Assembly (NCBI RefSeq): GCF_016806735.1
Contig: NZ_CP060530.1
Location: 660,001-692,000, forward strand
Direction of reading: 5' to 3'
DNA length: 32,000 nucleotides
DNA from: Candidatus Micrarchaeum sp.
GTDB lineage: Archaea; Micrarchaeota; Micrarchaeia; Micrarchaeales; Micrarchaeaceae
Under the pieces are notes generated by a model. It ran no database searches and was not told the DNA's origin. It saw only the letters and a list, made by a program, of their open reading frames with translations. The position numbers and the translations under genes were made by a program. Of the stretch, positions 16,444 through 24,240 are shown one piece after another (position 1 is the first letter of the stretch; the number at the start of each line of letters is the position of its first letter).

Positions 16444-17061
16444 TCACCTTTTTATCCTGTTGGCTTTAGTCTTTATCCCATGCTCTTCCAGAAAAGTTTT
16501 CGTTCTAAAGAGGAGCTCCTTCGAAATCTCCGTTATATCCTTGTCCCCATCTATGTGTTCTATGTTCGGTTCGGTGAATTTTGAATAAGATTTTGAAATC
16601 TTTTCCATGAAGTCAAGCTTCTCGAATATCTCTCTTTCAGTTCGCGAGGATGCGATCCTTTCTACGGCTTTTTCTGGGTTAAGGTCTATGAAAAAGGTTT
16701 TGTCCGGAACTGGAAATATTGAATTCATGCTTTCGAGATATTTTCTGTCGGCTCCAGATGCTTCGCCATAAGCTATTGTTGAGTAGTAGTACCTGTCGCA
16801 TATGACTATCGAGCTTTTGATAGCGTGCTTTAGTGCCTTCATGTGCTCGTTCCTGTCGGCCACGAAGAGCAATTGCAGCGACAGCAGATCAAGATTTACC
16901 TTCTCCCCCAGAACTTGCCTTATGAATTTTCCTATAGCGCCATTGGTAGGCTCCCTTTCCTCAACCACGTCATATCCGAGCTTGGACAGGCTTGCGCACA
17001 AAGCCTTCGCCTGCGTGGTCTTCCCAGCGCCGTCTATGCCCTCTATTACTATGAACACCAT
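16444..17061 (-). CDS. tmk: thymidylate kinase
   Basis: MVFIVIEGIDGAGKTTQ P-loop, DRY motif (CDRYYYS) and 205 aa. GGTGAT SD 2 nt before the ATG. Confidence 0.9.
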   Translation of the reverse strand: MVFIVIEGIDGAGKTTQAKALCASLSKLGYDVVEEREPTNGAIGKFIRQVLGEKVNLDLLSLQLLFVADRNEHMKALKHAIKSSIVICDRYYYSTIAYGEASGADRKYLESMNSIFPVPDKTFFIDLNPEKAVERIASSRTEREIFEKLDFMEKISKSYSKFTEPNIEHIDGDKDITEISKELLFRTKTFLEEHGIKTKANRIKR

Positions 17062-17132
17062 GCATCACCGGTTTCATTCAGGTGCTTTTGTATTTGAGCA
17101 TATTTATAGCTATGGCTGTGTTGCATGATTCA

Positions 17133-17155
17133 ATTGGCCCTGAAACAGGGCCAAT
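17133..17155. terminator. perfect 10-bp hairpin downstream of the surface-protein gene
   Basis: ATTGGCCCTG-AAA-CAGGGCCAAT, 28 nt after the stop at 17183. No clean T-run follows, so a terminator or stability role is tentative. Confidence 0.4.
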
Positions 17156-17182
17156 CGTTTTGTGGCCGTGCAATTTTTCGAA

Positions 17183-18712
17183 TCAGCTTGCAGTTACGTT
17201 CGATGTAGCTACTGCTCCTTCCTCACCCGTTACCCTAACGGAATAGGTTTGGTTTTGAAGAGGCATTATTACAAGCTTGCCATTGCCAGCAGATATGATT
17301 CCGTTGTAGCTGAACGTTGCACTTGAGCCTGGAGCTATAGAATATCCCTGTGGACCCTCGGCCTGGTTAGCGTCGAACGGAAGCATAAGCGTGCCGTTGG
17401 TGCTTATTATGAATGCCATCATGTTGTGGTAGTGCCCGTCGAATGCGTTTGCAGCTTGTATGAATCCCCTGAGCTTTACGTTGCTGACGTTGAAGTCATG
17501 CATTGACTCCATTACAGACAGATTTAGCTTATTCTGCATGTTTGCACGTATCGAATTGAATTCCGATGGGCTTACGTTGAAGCCGAATTCGCTGTTGAAC
17601 GCAGAGTAATTTGAAGTTATTGCAGTTAGATTTATGCTGCTGTTTGCAATATGGCCCAAGAATCCCGACATATTATGGCTTTCTAGAGCCGAAGATATTC
17701 CAGCCTTTATTCCTGTGCTTAGATTTACCCCGTATTTGCTTGCAAGCTCCCCGTAAAGCGAGCTCAGATTATAATTCCCGTTTGAATATTGGCTTATTAT
17801 TGACGTTATTCCGCCGAAGCCGCCGGACTGGAACAGATATGGCTCTGGAACCTGCTGCACTGCGGCATGAAGGCGGGCATTGGCACCTGCACTTAGATTC
17901 ATGCCCATTATCCCGAATAGAAGTATGTGGTTTACATAAGCAGTCGAATTTCCGGAGTTCTTTACAGTAACGCTAAAGTCCGTGTGATTGGCTTCTTCGC
18001 TTAGCGATGCGCTTGTTATGGCTATTTTAGGAGTTGCGAGCGAAAGCTTGGAGTGTATGTTTGCATTGAGCCTTGCCCTTGCGCCTACTTTTACAACAGT
18101 GCTGTTCACATTGCTAGAGCCCACTATAACTGCTTTTACCGATGGCACCATTACGAACATAGTCTGGTTTGTTGAGATTATCTGCACTATGGTTGGCGAA
18201 AGATCGACAAGCACGGCGCCGCTTGTGGCGTTGACGTTGCTTACGTGCACGTCAAGCTTGTTTGATGGAAGCGTCACGTTGTAAGTAGTGCCGTTTATTG
18301 TGATTGTGGAAGAACTCACATTCAATATTATTGAGTCGTATGACTTTGTTTTGTTTAAAGATGCGATGCCAAGCGTCTGCGAAACGTTAAGCAGTGAAAG
18401 CAGGTCTATCGTGCCTGAGGCGTTTATGTTCACAAAGCCAGAGGAATTTGTTGCGCCGGTTTCGTGCAGCCTAGCTCCGCTGAACGTAACGTTCAGCGCG
18501 GTTGTACCTGAAGGTACCTGAGCCGGATCCGTAAGCATCAACGCTACCGTGCCGTTAGACGAAACCGAAGGAGAAACCGTAGTAGTCGCAATCGATGGCC
18601 TTGGCGTTACAAGCCCTATCGCTATGTATATTATAGCGAGTATTACTATTATCCCTATTATGTAGCTTACTGCTTTATTCACCATGCAAACACATTTTAT
18701 TATCCCAATCAA
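17183..18712 (-). CDS. N-terminally anchored extracellular protein, Asn/Ser/Thr-rich, probable N-glycoprotein (DUF4382-like N-terminal region)
   Basis: Hydrophobic anchor AVSYIIGIIVILAIIYIAIGL. About 28 N-x-S/T sequons counted by eye. LMLTDPAQVPSGTTALNVTFSGARLH...IDLLSL... resembles DUF4382. The start is either TTG 18712 or ATG 18685. Confidence 0.6.
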   Translation of the reverse strand: MIGIIKCVCMVNKAVSYIIGIIVILAIIYIAIGLVTPRPSIATTTVSPSVSSNGTVALMLTDPAQVPSGTTALNVTFSGARLHETGATNSSGFVNINASGTIDLLSLLNVSQTLGIASLNKTKSYDSIILNVSSSTITINGTTYNVTLPSNKLDVHVSNVNATSGAVLVDLSPTIVQIISTNQTMFVMVPSVKAVIVGSSNVNSTVVKVGARARLNANIHSKLSLATPKIAITSASLSEEANHTDFSVTVKNSGNSTAYVNHILLFGIMGMNLSAGANARLHAAVQQVPEPYLFQSGGFGGITSIISQYSNGNYNLSSLYGELASKYGVNLSTGIKAGISSALESHNMSGFLGHIANSSINLTAITSNYSAFNSEFGFNVSPSEFNSIRANMQNKLNLSVMESMHDFNVSNVKLRGFIQAANAFDGHYHNMMAFIISTNGTLMLPFDANQAEGPQGYSIAPGSSATFSYNGIISAGNGKLVIMPLQNQTYSVRVTGEEGAVATSNVTAS

Positions 18713-18733
18713 AGTTTAAAAATCATTGCTTTT

Positions 18734-18758
18734 GGTAAGATTTAAATATATTCTTACC
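18734..18758. promoter_or_regulatory. palindromic TATA element (ATTTAAAT) bracketed by a 7-bp inverted repeat; shared divergent promoter/operator
   Basis: GGTAAGA-TTTAAATATAT-TCTTACC. It lies ~25-30 nt from the minus-strand gene start (18712) and ~25 nt from the predicted plus-strand transcript 5' end (~18769). Confidence 0.5.
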
Positions 18759-18768
18759 GAATATTTTT

Positions 18769-18999
18769 GCTAGCGCCTAAGGCACGCCCGTTGTGCTTAG
18801 GTGAAAGAATGAATAAAACAGAAAAGACAAGCGGTGCGGAAAGCACCAGAGAAAGTAAAAGCATCTTGGGATCCTTCTGGGAGAAGGAAGAGATGAATTT
18901 GGGCGTGCCGAACATGAGAGTATTGGAGAAATATCTTCCATATCTGCGGCGCTAGTGAATGGGTGAAAACCATTCTTCCCTCTCTGCGGGGCTGTTTTT
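18769..18999 (+). ncRNA. structured transcription unit of unknown class (structured sRNA and/or highly structured mRNA of a 48-aa ORF)
   Basis: TATA at 18741-18748. Nested helices: GCTAGCGCC 18769-77 pairs with GGCGCTAGT 18948-56, and GGCACGCCC 18781-89 pairs with GGGCGTGCC 18901-09. Internal hairpins at 18833-47 (GGTGC-GGAAA-GCACC), at 18862-66/18891-95 plus 18872-78/18882-88, and at 18924-28/18936-40. Terminal hairpin GAATGG-GTGAAAA-CCATTC at 18957-75. TTTTT at 18995-99. Confidence 0.45.
18809..18955 (+). CDS. possible 48-aa hydrophilic small protein
   Basis: ATG 18809 is preceded by AGGTGA (18799-18804) with a 4-nt spacer, the same SD geometry seen at other genes in this window. Product: MNKTEKTSGAESTRESKSILGSFWEKEEMNLGVPNMRVLEKYLPYLRR. 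No family recognised. Confidence 0.35.
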   Translation: MNKTEKTSGAESTRESKSILGSFWEKEEMNLGVPNMRVLEKYLPYLRR

Positions 19000-19019
19000 A
19001 TGATTATGAAAATCAGTAA

Positions 19020-19940
19020 TTATTCTTCCTTTGGTACTGCCATCTCTTTGAAATCCTTGTCGGCCACTTCTATGTACATGCAGTAGCCCAATCCGTCCTT
19101 CAATGGCCCGTTAAGTTCCTCTCCAGGTATCGCTTCAACGGCCTCTTTAGTATATGGAGGATTTCTGAGATCCAGCCATCTGGAATCTGTGTGCGTGGTT
19201 TTTACGAGCCTTTCCGCCCTTGAAATGGTTTTTTCGCTTACAAAAAGCTTCGAGTGGCTCCCTCTTGTAAGCGAGTCCAGCAGTTTCTCGGATATGGCCT
19301 TCCTTGCAAAATCTGCTTTTTCTTCCCGTGAAATTGGCTGTCCTGATTTTATTAGCTCTGATGCGACAGGCGCCAGCCTCAGGGCATCGGCTTCGTCGTA
19401 TACGCTGCCGCTTATTTTTCTTTTTGAAAGGATCATGCGCTCCGCTATCCTTTCTACATTATAGTGGTCCACAAGAAGAAGCCCGTGAAGCAGCGCGCTT
19501 TTTACGCCCCAGAATATGGCGTGGCTTGCAATCACCTTTCCGCCTACGTTTATAGTTGATGCTTTGTTGTCCGCATATACTTCCTTTATGCCTAAATCCG
19601 AAAGCACAGAGGCTACATGCTCTGCGAAATACTTGCGCATGTCCTCGTAATGCCTGAAGCTCCCGTCCCGCGGCACGGTAAACGTGTACGCTAGGCAAGC
19701 CCTGTCAAACTCCACATGAGAACCTCCAGTTATGCGCCTTGCAAGATCGAATGACGCGTCTCCTGCCTTCACGTTCTTAGGCGATTCTCCATACCCCAAA
19801 ACTACCGAATCCTTCTTGACATTCCAGAATCTTATTCCTGCCACGTTTCTCAATGCACTTTCCTCAAGCATGAGCTCCTCGAGCGCCATGTTCTCGGATA
19901 TGCTTAAGTTGTTCAACCCCCAGTATTCGTAGTTAAACAT
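19020..19940 (-). CDS. lipoate/biotin protein ligase family (BPL_LplA_LipB fold) protein, divergent
   Basis: ARRITGGSHVEFD aligns to the LplA RR-x-x-GGGAV-x-HD motif. GGKVIASHAIF...LLHGLLLV aligns to the K-I-S-G-S-A ... HHGTLL block. ATG start. Confidence 0.6.
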   Translation of the reverse strand: MFNYEYWGLNNLSISENMALEELMLEESALRNVAGIRFWNVKKDSVVLGYGESPKNVKAGDASFDLARRITGGSHVEFDRACLAYTFTVPRDGSFRHYEDMRKYFAEHVASVLSDLGIKEVYADNKASTINVGGKVIASHAIFWGVKSALLHGLLLVDHYNVERIAERMILSKRKISGSVYDEADALRLAPVASELIKSGQPISREEKADFARKAISEKLLDSLTRGSHSKLFVSEKTISRAERLVKTTHTDSRWLDLRNPPYTKEAVEAIPGEELNGPLKDGLGYCMYIEVADKDFKEMAVPKEE

Positions 19941-19994
19941 ATATGTATATTATACAGTTTAAAATAAAGATTTTGTCATGAAGGTGCAGCCACA

Positions 19995-21446
19995 ATGCAG
20001 GATAATAAAAAAATTAGCTTGTATCTCCTGACTGCTTATGCCGCCATCCTACTTATCTTAGGCTCGCTGATTGTCTTCAGGATAAATTCCATAGGAGGCT
20101 ATTACTGGGATTTTACGGCACATATGCTTTATGCCAAGGCTCTTGCGAGCACGGAGTTTTATTCGAGCATTGCCAACCATACTGCAGCGCTGGCAATATC
20201 GTATGAGAATATCTTTTATGTAGAATGGTTCAGGGCCCCGCTCATGTCTGTACTGATGGTACCGTTCATACCAATGGGTTCCTACGGGCCAATGTATTAT
20301 GTGGTTGCAGAATTGGCGTTTTTGATAATTGCGTCGATATATGCAGCAGATTCGATGAGCACGAACCGGTTTCTCATGCTGGCCATGCTCTTTACTCCTT
20401 ATGTGGTGATATACCTCACGCTTCTCAATGGGGCTGAAATATTGTCCATGGCGCTGCTTTTGCTTGGGATAGGGCTTGCGGCCAGAGGAAAATGGCAAGC
20501 GGGATTGGTGCTGAGCCTTGCTGGCCTGGCAAAATATTTTTCTTCTATATTCATACTGCTTCTGTTTTTCCTTCCGAAAAGGGAAAGGCTGAAGGGGCTA
20601 TTGTCCTATCTTGCAGTTCTTGCAGCATGGTTTGCGGTAAACTTTGCAGCATTCGGCAACCCTATCGAAAGCTATCTCCAGTCGTTTGGCGAGGCATTCA
20701 TAATTTATAAGGTAAGCGAAAGCAGCATAGTAAGCGCCGCCGTTCAATCCTACTCGATAATATTTGCGTACATAATCCCTTTTGTATTTGCCGCGGCAGC
20801 GATTTCGGCAGTTATGCTTCTGCGGAGGAAGGGCACGCCGGCCAAAAAGCGCAGATCTTTGCTAAACGGTTTCGAATACAAAGAGAAGATAGTAATCGTT
20901 TCCTTTTTGCTTGCGCTCATTGGAACTGCTGCGGTGTCAATACATGCATCAATAAACAACCTGCCCAGATGGGGATATGAAATATATGCATGCACTGCGC
21001 TGCTGCTGGGGGTGCTTTTTTCGAGGGCTATTAATAAGTATAGCCAGTACAAAAGATACGCATATGCTGCTATTGCCTTGGCTGCGATAGTCTACGTTTT
21101 TATTTTGGCAGTGTCTTATTCCGGGATACAATCCCATTACCCATTCGCTTCGCTCGGAACGAAGAACGCCACGGTACTTGGTGCAGTCATGGAAATAAAA
21201 AATCTTGGGATTGAGAACTGCAGCATGATATCCAATGCGTGGGTATATCTAAGGTATTACGGGATACCTGCGCATTATCCCGGGAATATGAATTCGACGA
21301 GCGATAAATACCCTGCGGTCGTAATCAATAACGTAGGAATAAATGCAAATAGCGTAGATACTGAAGGCTATTCCGTTGCCAGTCTGGGCAAGAATTATGG
21401 AATATATTTCCCAAGCAACTATTCATGCGTCGTATTTTCGCGATGA
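19995..21446 (+). CDS. polytopic membrane protein, GT-C-type glycosyltransferase-like (ArnT/PMT_2-like), low specificity
   Basis: About 12 or more hydrophobic segments, with a short C-terminal extracytoplasmic region carrying sequons. AGGTG lies 8 nt before the ATG. The family call rests on architecture only. Confidence 0.4.
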   Translation: MQDNKKISLYLLTAYAAILLILGSLIVFRINSIGGYYWDFTAHMLYAKALASTEFYSSIANHTAALAISYENIFYVEWFRAPLMSVLMVPFIPMGSYGPMYYVVAELAFLIIASIYAADSMSTNRFLMLAMLFTPYVVIYLTLLNGAEILSMALLLLGIGLAARGKWQAGLVLSLAGLAKYFSSIFILLLFFLPKRERLKGLLSYLAVLAAWFAVNFAAFGNPIESYLQSFGEAFIIYKVSESSIVSAAVQSYSIIFAYIIPFVFAAAAISAVMLLRRKGTPAKKRRSLLNGFEYKEKIVIVSFLLALIGTAAVSIHASINNLPRWGYEIYACTALLLGVLFSRAINKYSQYKRYAYAAIALAAIVYVFILAVSYSGIQSHYPFASLGTKNATVLGAVMEIKNLGIENCSMISNAWVYLRYYGIPAHYPGNMNSTSDKYPAVVINNVGINANSVDTEGYSVASLGKNYGIYFPSNYSCVVFSR

Positions 21447-21448
21447 CT

Positions 21449-22924
21449 TCATGAATAGTTAGGGGTTTCCCTCCTGTATGGCCTGCGCCCTCCGCGGCTT
21501 TTTTCTCTTCCGCCATACCTTTGGCTGCCGCGGTTCCTGTCCCTGGACCCGTATCTGGAGCCGGAGGATGAACCATGCTCGCGGTCGCCGCCGTAATGGC
21601 CATGGCTGTTCCCGTCGAAGTGGCTGCTGCGCTGACCACCGAAGCGCCTCGGTCCGCGGTCGTGTTCCTGGCTAGAGAAGTATTTCCCGAAATTGACGTT
21701 CTTGAACTTGTCCAAGTCGAGATTGACCATTTTGAACTTTATTCCGGCATATTTTTCCACGGCGTATATGAAAGACTGTTCATCCCGCTGCACTATGGTA
21801 AAAGCTCTTCCTTCCCTTCCCATCCTGGCGGATCTTCCGACCCTGTGGATGTAGATTGCGGGCTCGTCAGGAGAATCGAAGTTTATTACGTCGCTGACGT
21901 CTACTATGTCGAGCCCCCTTGCAGCCACGTTTGTCGCTATGAGAAGACCTCCGTCCACGTGCCTGAAGCGGCTAAGTGCAACCTCTCTTTTTGCCTGTGT
22001 TATGCCACCGTGAAGAAGTATTGGCTTGAAGCCGTTGTCGGAAAGTATCCTGTAGAGGGTTTCAGTATTCCTCTGTGTCTTTGAGAATACTATTGCCTTT
22101 TTGGGCTTGTATTCGTCAAGATAAGCGAGCAAAGCCGAGAATTTCGAAGATTTGCTCACCAGCGAATAAACATTCTGTATCTTTTTTACTGCCAGTTCTT
22201 CCTCTCCGCCAACCTCTATATTTTTGATGTCGTGCATATATTCGTATGCGACCTCCTTTATCCTGTTTGGCATCGTAGCCGAGAACAGCATCATCTGTTT
22301 TTTCTCCGGCATGTTTTCTATTATGTATTTTATGTCGTCTATGAAACCCATCTCGAGCATTATGTCTGCCTCGTCCAGGACAAGGAACTTTATCTTGCTG
22401 AGGTCAAGCATGCCCCTTTCCATCAGGTCTATTATTCTGCCCGGAGTGCCTATCACTATGCTTGCGCCGGAACGTATCTTGTCTGCCTGTGGGTTTATCG
22501 ACACTCCGCCATAAACTATGGCGTTCCTTATGCGTGTGTATTTTCCAATCTTTGTAAATACGTCTGATATCTGTATCGCGAGCTCCCTTGTCGGGGCTAT
22601 CACAAGAGCGTGAACGCCTGATTTTGAGGGTTGCTGAACAAGCATGTCCAATATAGGTATCGCAAAAGCTCCGGTTTTGCCGCTGCCAGTCTTTGACCTC
22701 ACTATAAGGTCCTTTCCCTCAAGGGCGTATGGTATCGCTTCAACCTGCACTTCAGTCGGGCTCGTAAAGCCCATCTCTCCAAGGGCCTTTTTTATTTCTG
22801 CTTTTAGGCCCGTACTTTCGAAACTATCGAATCTGTCCAATGAATCACTTTTTAGCGTAAAGCCAAAGTCAAAATAAGGCACCTTGTGTCTATGGCTTAC
22901 ATACCGCGTTAAGCGGGAAAACAA
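21449..22924 (-). CDS. DEAD-box ATP-dependent RNA helicase with an R/G/S-rich C-terminal tail
   Basis: Q-motif region FTSPTEVQ. Motif I SKTGSGKT, II VLDEAD, III FSAT, VI HRVGRSARMGREG. Tail: HDRGPRRFGGQRSS...GSRYGSRDRNRGSQRYGGREKSRGGRRPYRR. The start is uncertain (TTG 22924 or GTG 22882). Confidence 0.9.
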   Translation of the reverse strand: MFSRLTRYVSHRHKVPYFDFGFTLKSDSLDRFDSFESTGLKAEIKKALGEMGFTSPTEVQVEAIPYALEGKDLIVRSKTGSGKTGAFAIPILDMLVQQPSKSGVHALVIAPTRELAIQISDVFTKIGKYTRIRNAIVYGGVSINPQADKIRSGASIVIGTPGRIIDLMERGMLDLSKIKFLVLDEADIMLEMGFIDDIKYIIENMPEKKQMMLFSATMPNRIKEVAYEYMHDIKNIEVGGEEELAVKKIQNVYSLVSKSSKFSALLAYLDEYKPKKAIVFSKTQRNTETLYRILSDNGFKPILLHGGITQAKREVALSRFRHVDGGLLIATNVAARGLDIVDVSDVINFDSPDEPAIYIHRVGRSARMGREGRAFTIVQRDEQSFIYAVEKYAGIKFKMVNLDLDKFKNVNFGKYFSSQEHDRGPRRFGGQRSSHFDGNSHGHYGGDREHGSSSGSRYGSRDRNRGSQRYGGREKSRGGRRPYRRETPNYS

Positions 22925-23037
22925 GACGCCTTCGCAAACAATGCAATTAAATTCTGCACATAGCTTTTAACATATACCATTTGAAGTGCTTAATATTTAA
23001 TAGTGAGCCCGGGTGTGCCAACGCTGTTGAGTGCAAA

Positions 23038-23649
23038 TCATGGCTCTACACTGTCCCTTATCTCTTTTATCGCTGCGGTGTCGTTCGACGCCATGTATGG
23101 CGAAAGGTCCAGGTCCTTCGGGCTCTTTTCAAGCTTCTTTTCATAGTTCTCATGAAGCAGCTTCCCCACTGCCTCGTCGTAATCGTGCCATTCTATGCCC
23201 AGGGATTCGACATACTGCTTCTCTATTTTCGTCGCCACCTCGTGGGCGTAAGGATATTGGTACAGGTCGTCGACAAGCCATTTCTCAACCAGCTCATGAT
23301 GCAGGCCTATGGAATTTATTAGACTGAGCTTCTTTCCTTTTATTTCTATTTCCTTGGGAAGCGTCCTGGCTATGTATATCACCTTTCCATCCTTGGAATA
23401 GCCGCCGGTGTATTTTATATCATAATCGGTGCTTATGCTTATTCCATTGCTGGACTTTGTTTCACTGACGACACCCGTCTTTGCTCCAGCCTCGAAAACC
23501 TCCTTCCCGTCGGACTGCAATATCGTTCCGACTGTGAACTTCTTTTCTGACTCTATACGTATGTAAGTTGGTTCCTTGTAACTTATCGCTTTGAGTATTT
23601 CGATTTTTTCCGAATTCCTCGCGTATTCTATGACTTCGAAATCTTCCAT
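23038..23649 (-). CDS. 203-aa protein of unknown function
   Basis: ATG 23649 is preceded by AAGTGA-AAACG (SD-like, 5-nt spacer). The track start GTG 23658 is itself part of that SD. The C-terminal half is helical (GLHHELVEKWLVDDLYQYPYAHEVATKIE). No motif recognised. Confidence 0.6.
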   Translation of the reverse strand: MEDFEVIEYARNSEKIEILKAISYKEPTYIRIESEKKFTVGTILQSDGKEVFEAGAKTGVVSETKSSNGISISTDYDIKYTGGYSKDGKVIYIARTLPKEIEIKGKKLSLINSIGLHHELVEKWLVDDLYQYPYAHEVATKIEKQYVESLGIEWHDYDEAVGKLLHENYEKKLEKSPKDLDLSPYMASNDTAAIKEIRDSVEP

Positions 23650-23696
23650 CGTTTTCACTTAACCCATAATCATTATTAGACTTTTCGGGATTCGGG

Positions 23697-24236
23697 TCAA
23701 TATTCAACGATTTTAAAAATAGGAAGCTTCAGGATATTCCTGCTGGCAAAGCCAGAAAGCGCTATTACGAATGCAAACCCTATAGGTTTCGAGCCCTGCT
23801 TTCTTATGAGCTTTTCGGCTGCACTCGAGGTGCCTCCGGTAGCTAGAAGATCATCGGCTATGAGCACCCTTGAGCCTTGAGGCATTGCATCCCTTTGCAG
23901 TTCTATGGATGCTTTGCCGTATTCTAGTTCGTATGACTCGCTAACTACGTCCCTTGGAAGCTTGCCTGCCTTTCTTATCGGAACGAACCCTATCCCAAGC
24001 TCATCTGCAAGAGCAGTGCCTATTATGAATCCCCTGGCTTCTATGCCTGCAACATAATCAGGCTTGAAACCAAGCTTTGAAACCGCTTCTGAAGCTAGCG
24101 CCTGTATTGTGTCCTTGAACAATTGATGCGAAGCAAAAAGGCCAGTTATGTCCTTGAACATTATTCCCTTTTTCGGATAATCGGGAACATCCACTATGGC
24201 TGACTTTATGCGCTTGATAAGCTCTGCGTTTTCCGT
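23697..24236 (-). CDS. apt: adenine phosphoribosyltransferase; N-terminus extended to an in-frame ACG (non-canonical start proposed)
   Basis: PRPP motif VLIADDLLATGGTSSAA and DYPKKGIMFKDIT. The track ORF starts at GTG 24194. The 14 in-frame codons upstream encode TENAELIKRIKSAI, which aligns with the APRT N-terminal helix (E. coli LEYLKNSIKSIQDYP). There is no ATG, GTG or TTG between the in-frame TAG (24269-24267) and 24194. The junction reads AAGTGATTTAACG. Confidence 0.8.
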   Translation of the reverse strand, partial: TENAELIKRIKSAIVDVPDYPKKGIMFKDITGLFASHQLFKDTIQALASEAVSKLGFKPDYVAGIEARGFIIGTALADELGIGFVPIRKAGKLPRDVVSESYELEYGKASIELQRDAMPQGSRVLIADDLLATGGTSSAAEKLIRKQGSKPIGFAFVIALSGFASRNILKLPIFKIVEY

Positions 24237-24240
24237 TAAA

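Noticed and set aside
18769-18999. Identification of the structured element as RNase P RNA or SRP (7S) RNA
   Set aside because: GGUGAAAG and ACAGAAAAG words recall RNase P CR-II/III, but they are in the wrong order and spacing, and no P4 pairing (GAGGAAAGUCC with CCGGCUU) can be drawn. No SRP helix-8 GNAR loop or AGCA motif is present, and the element is too short. It is kept as unknown class.
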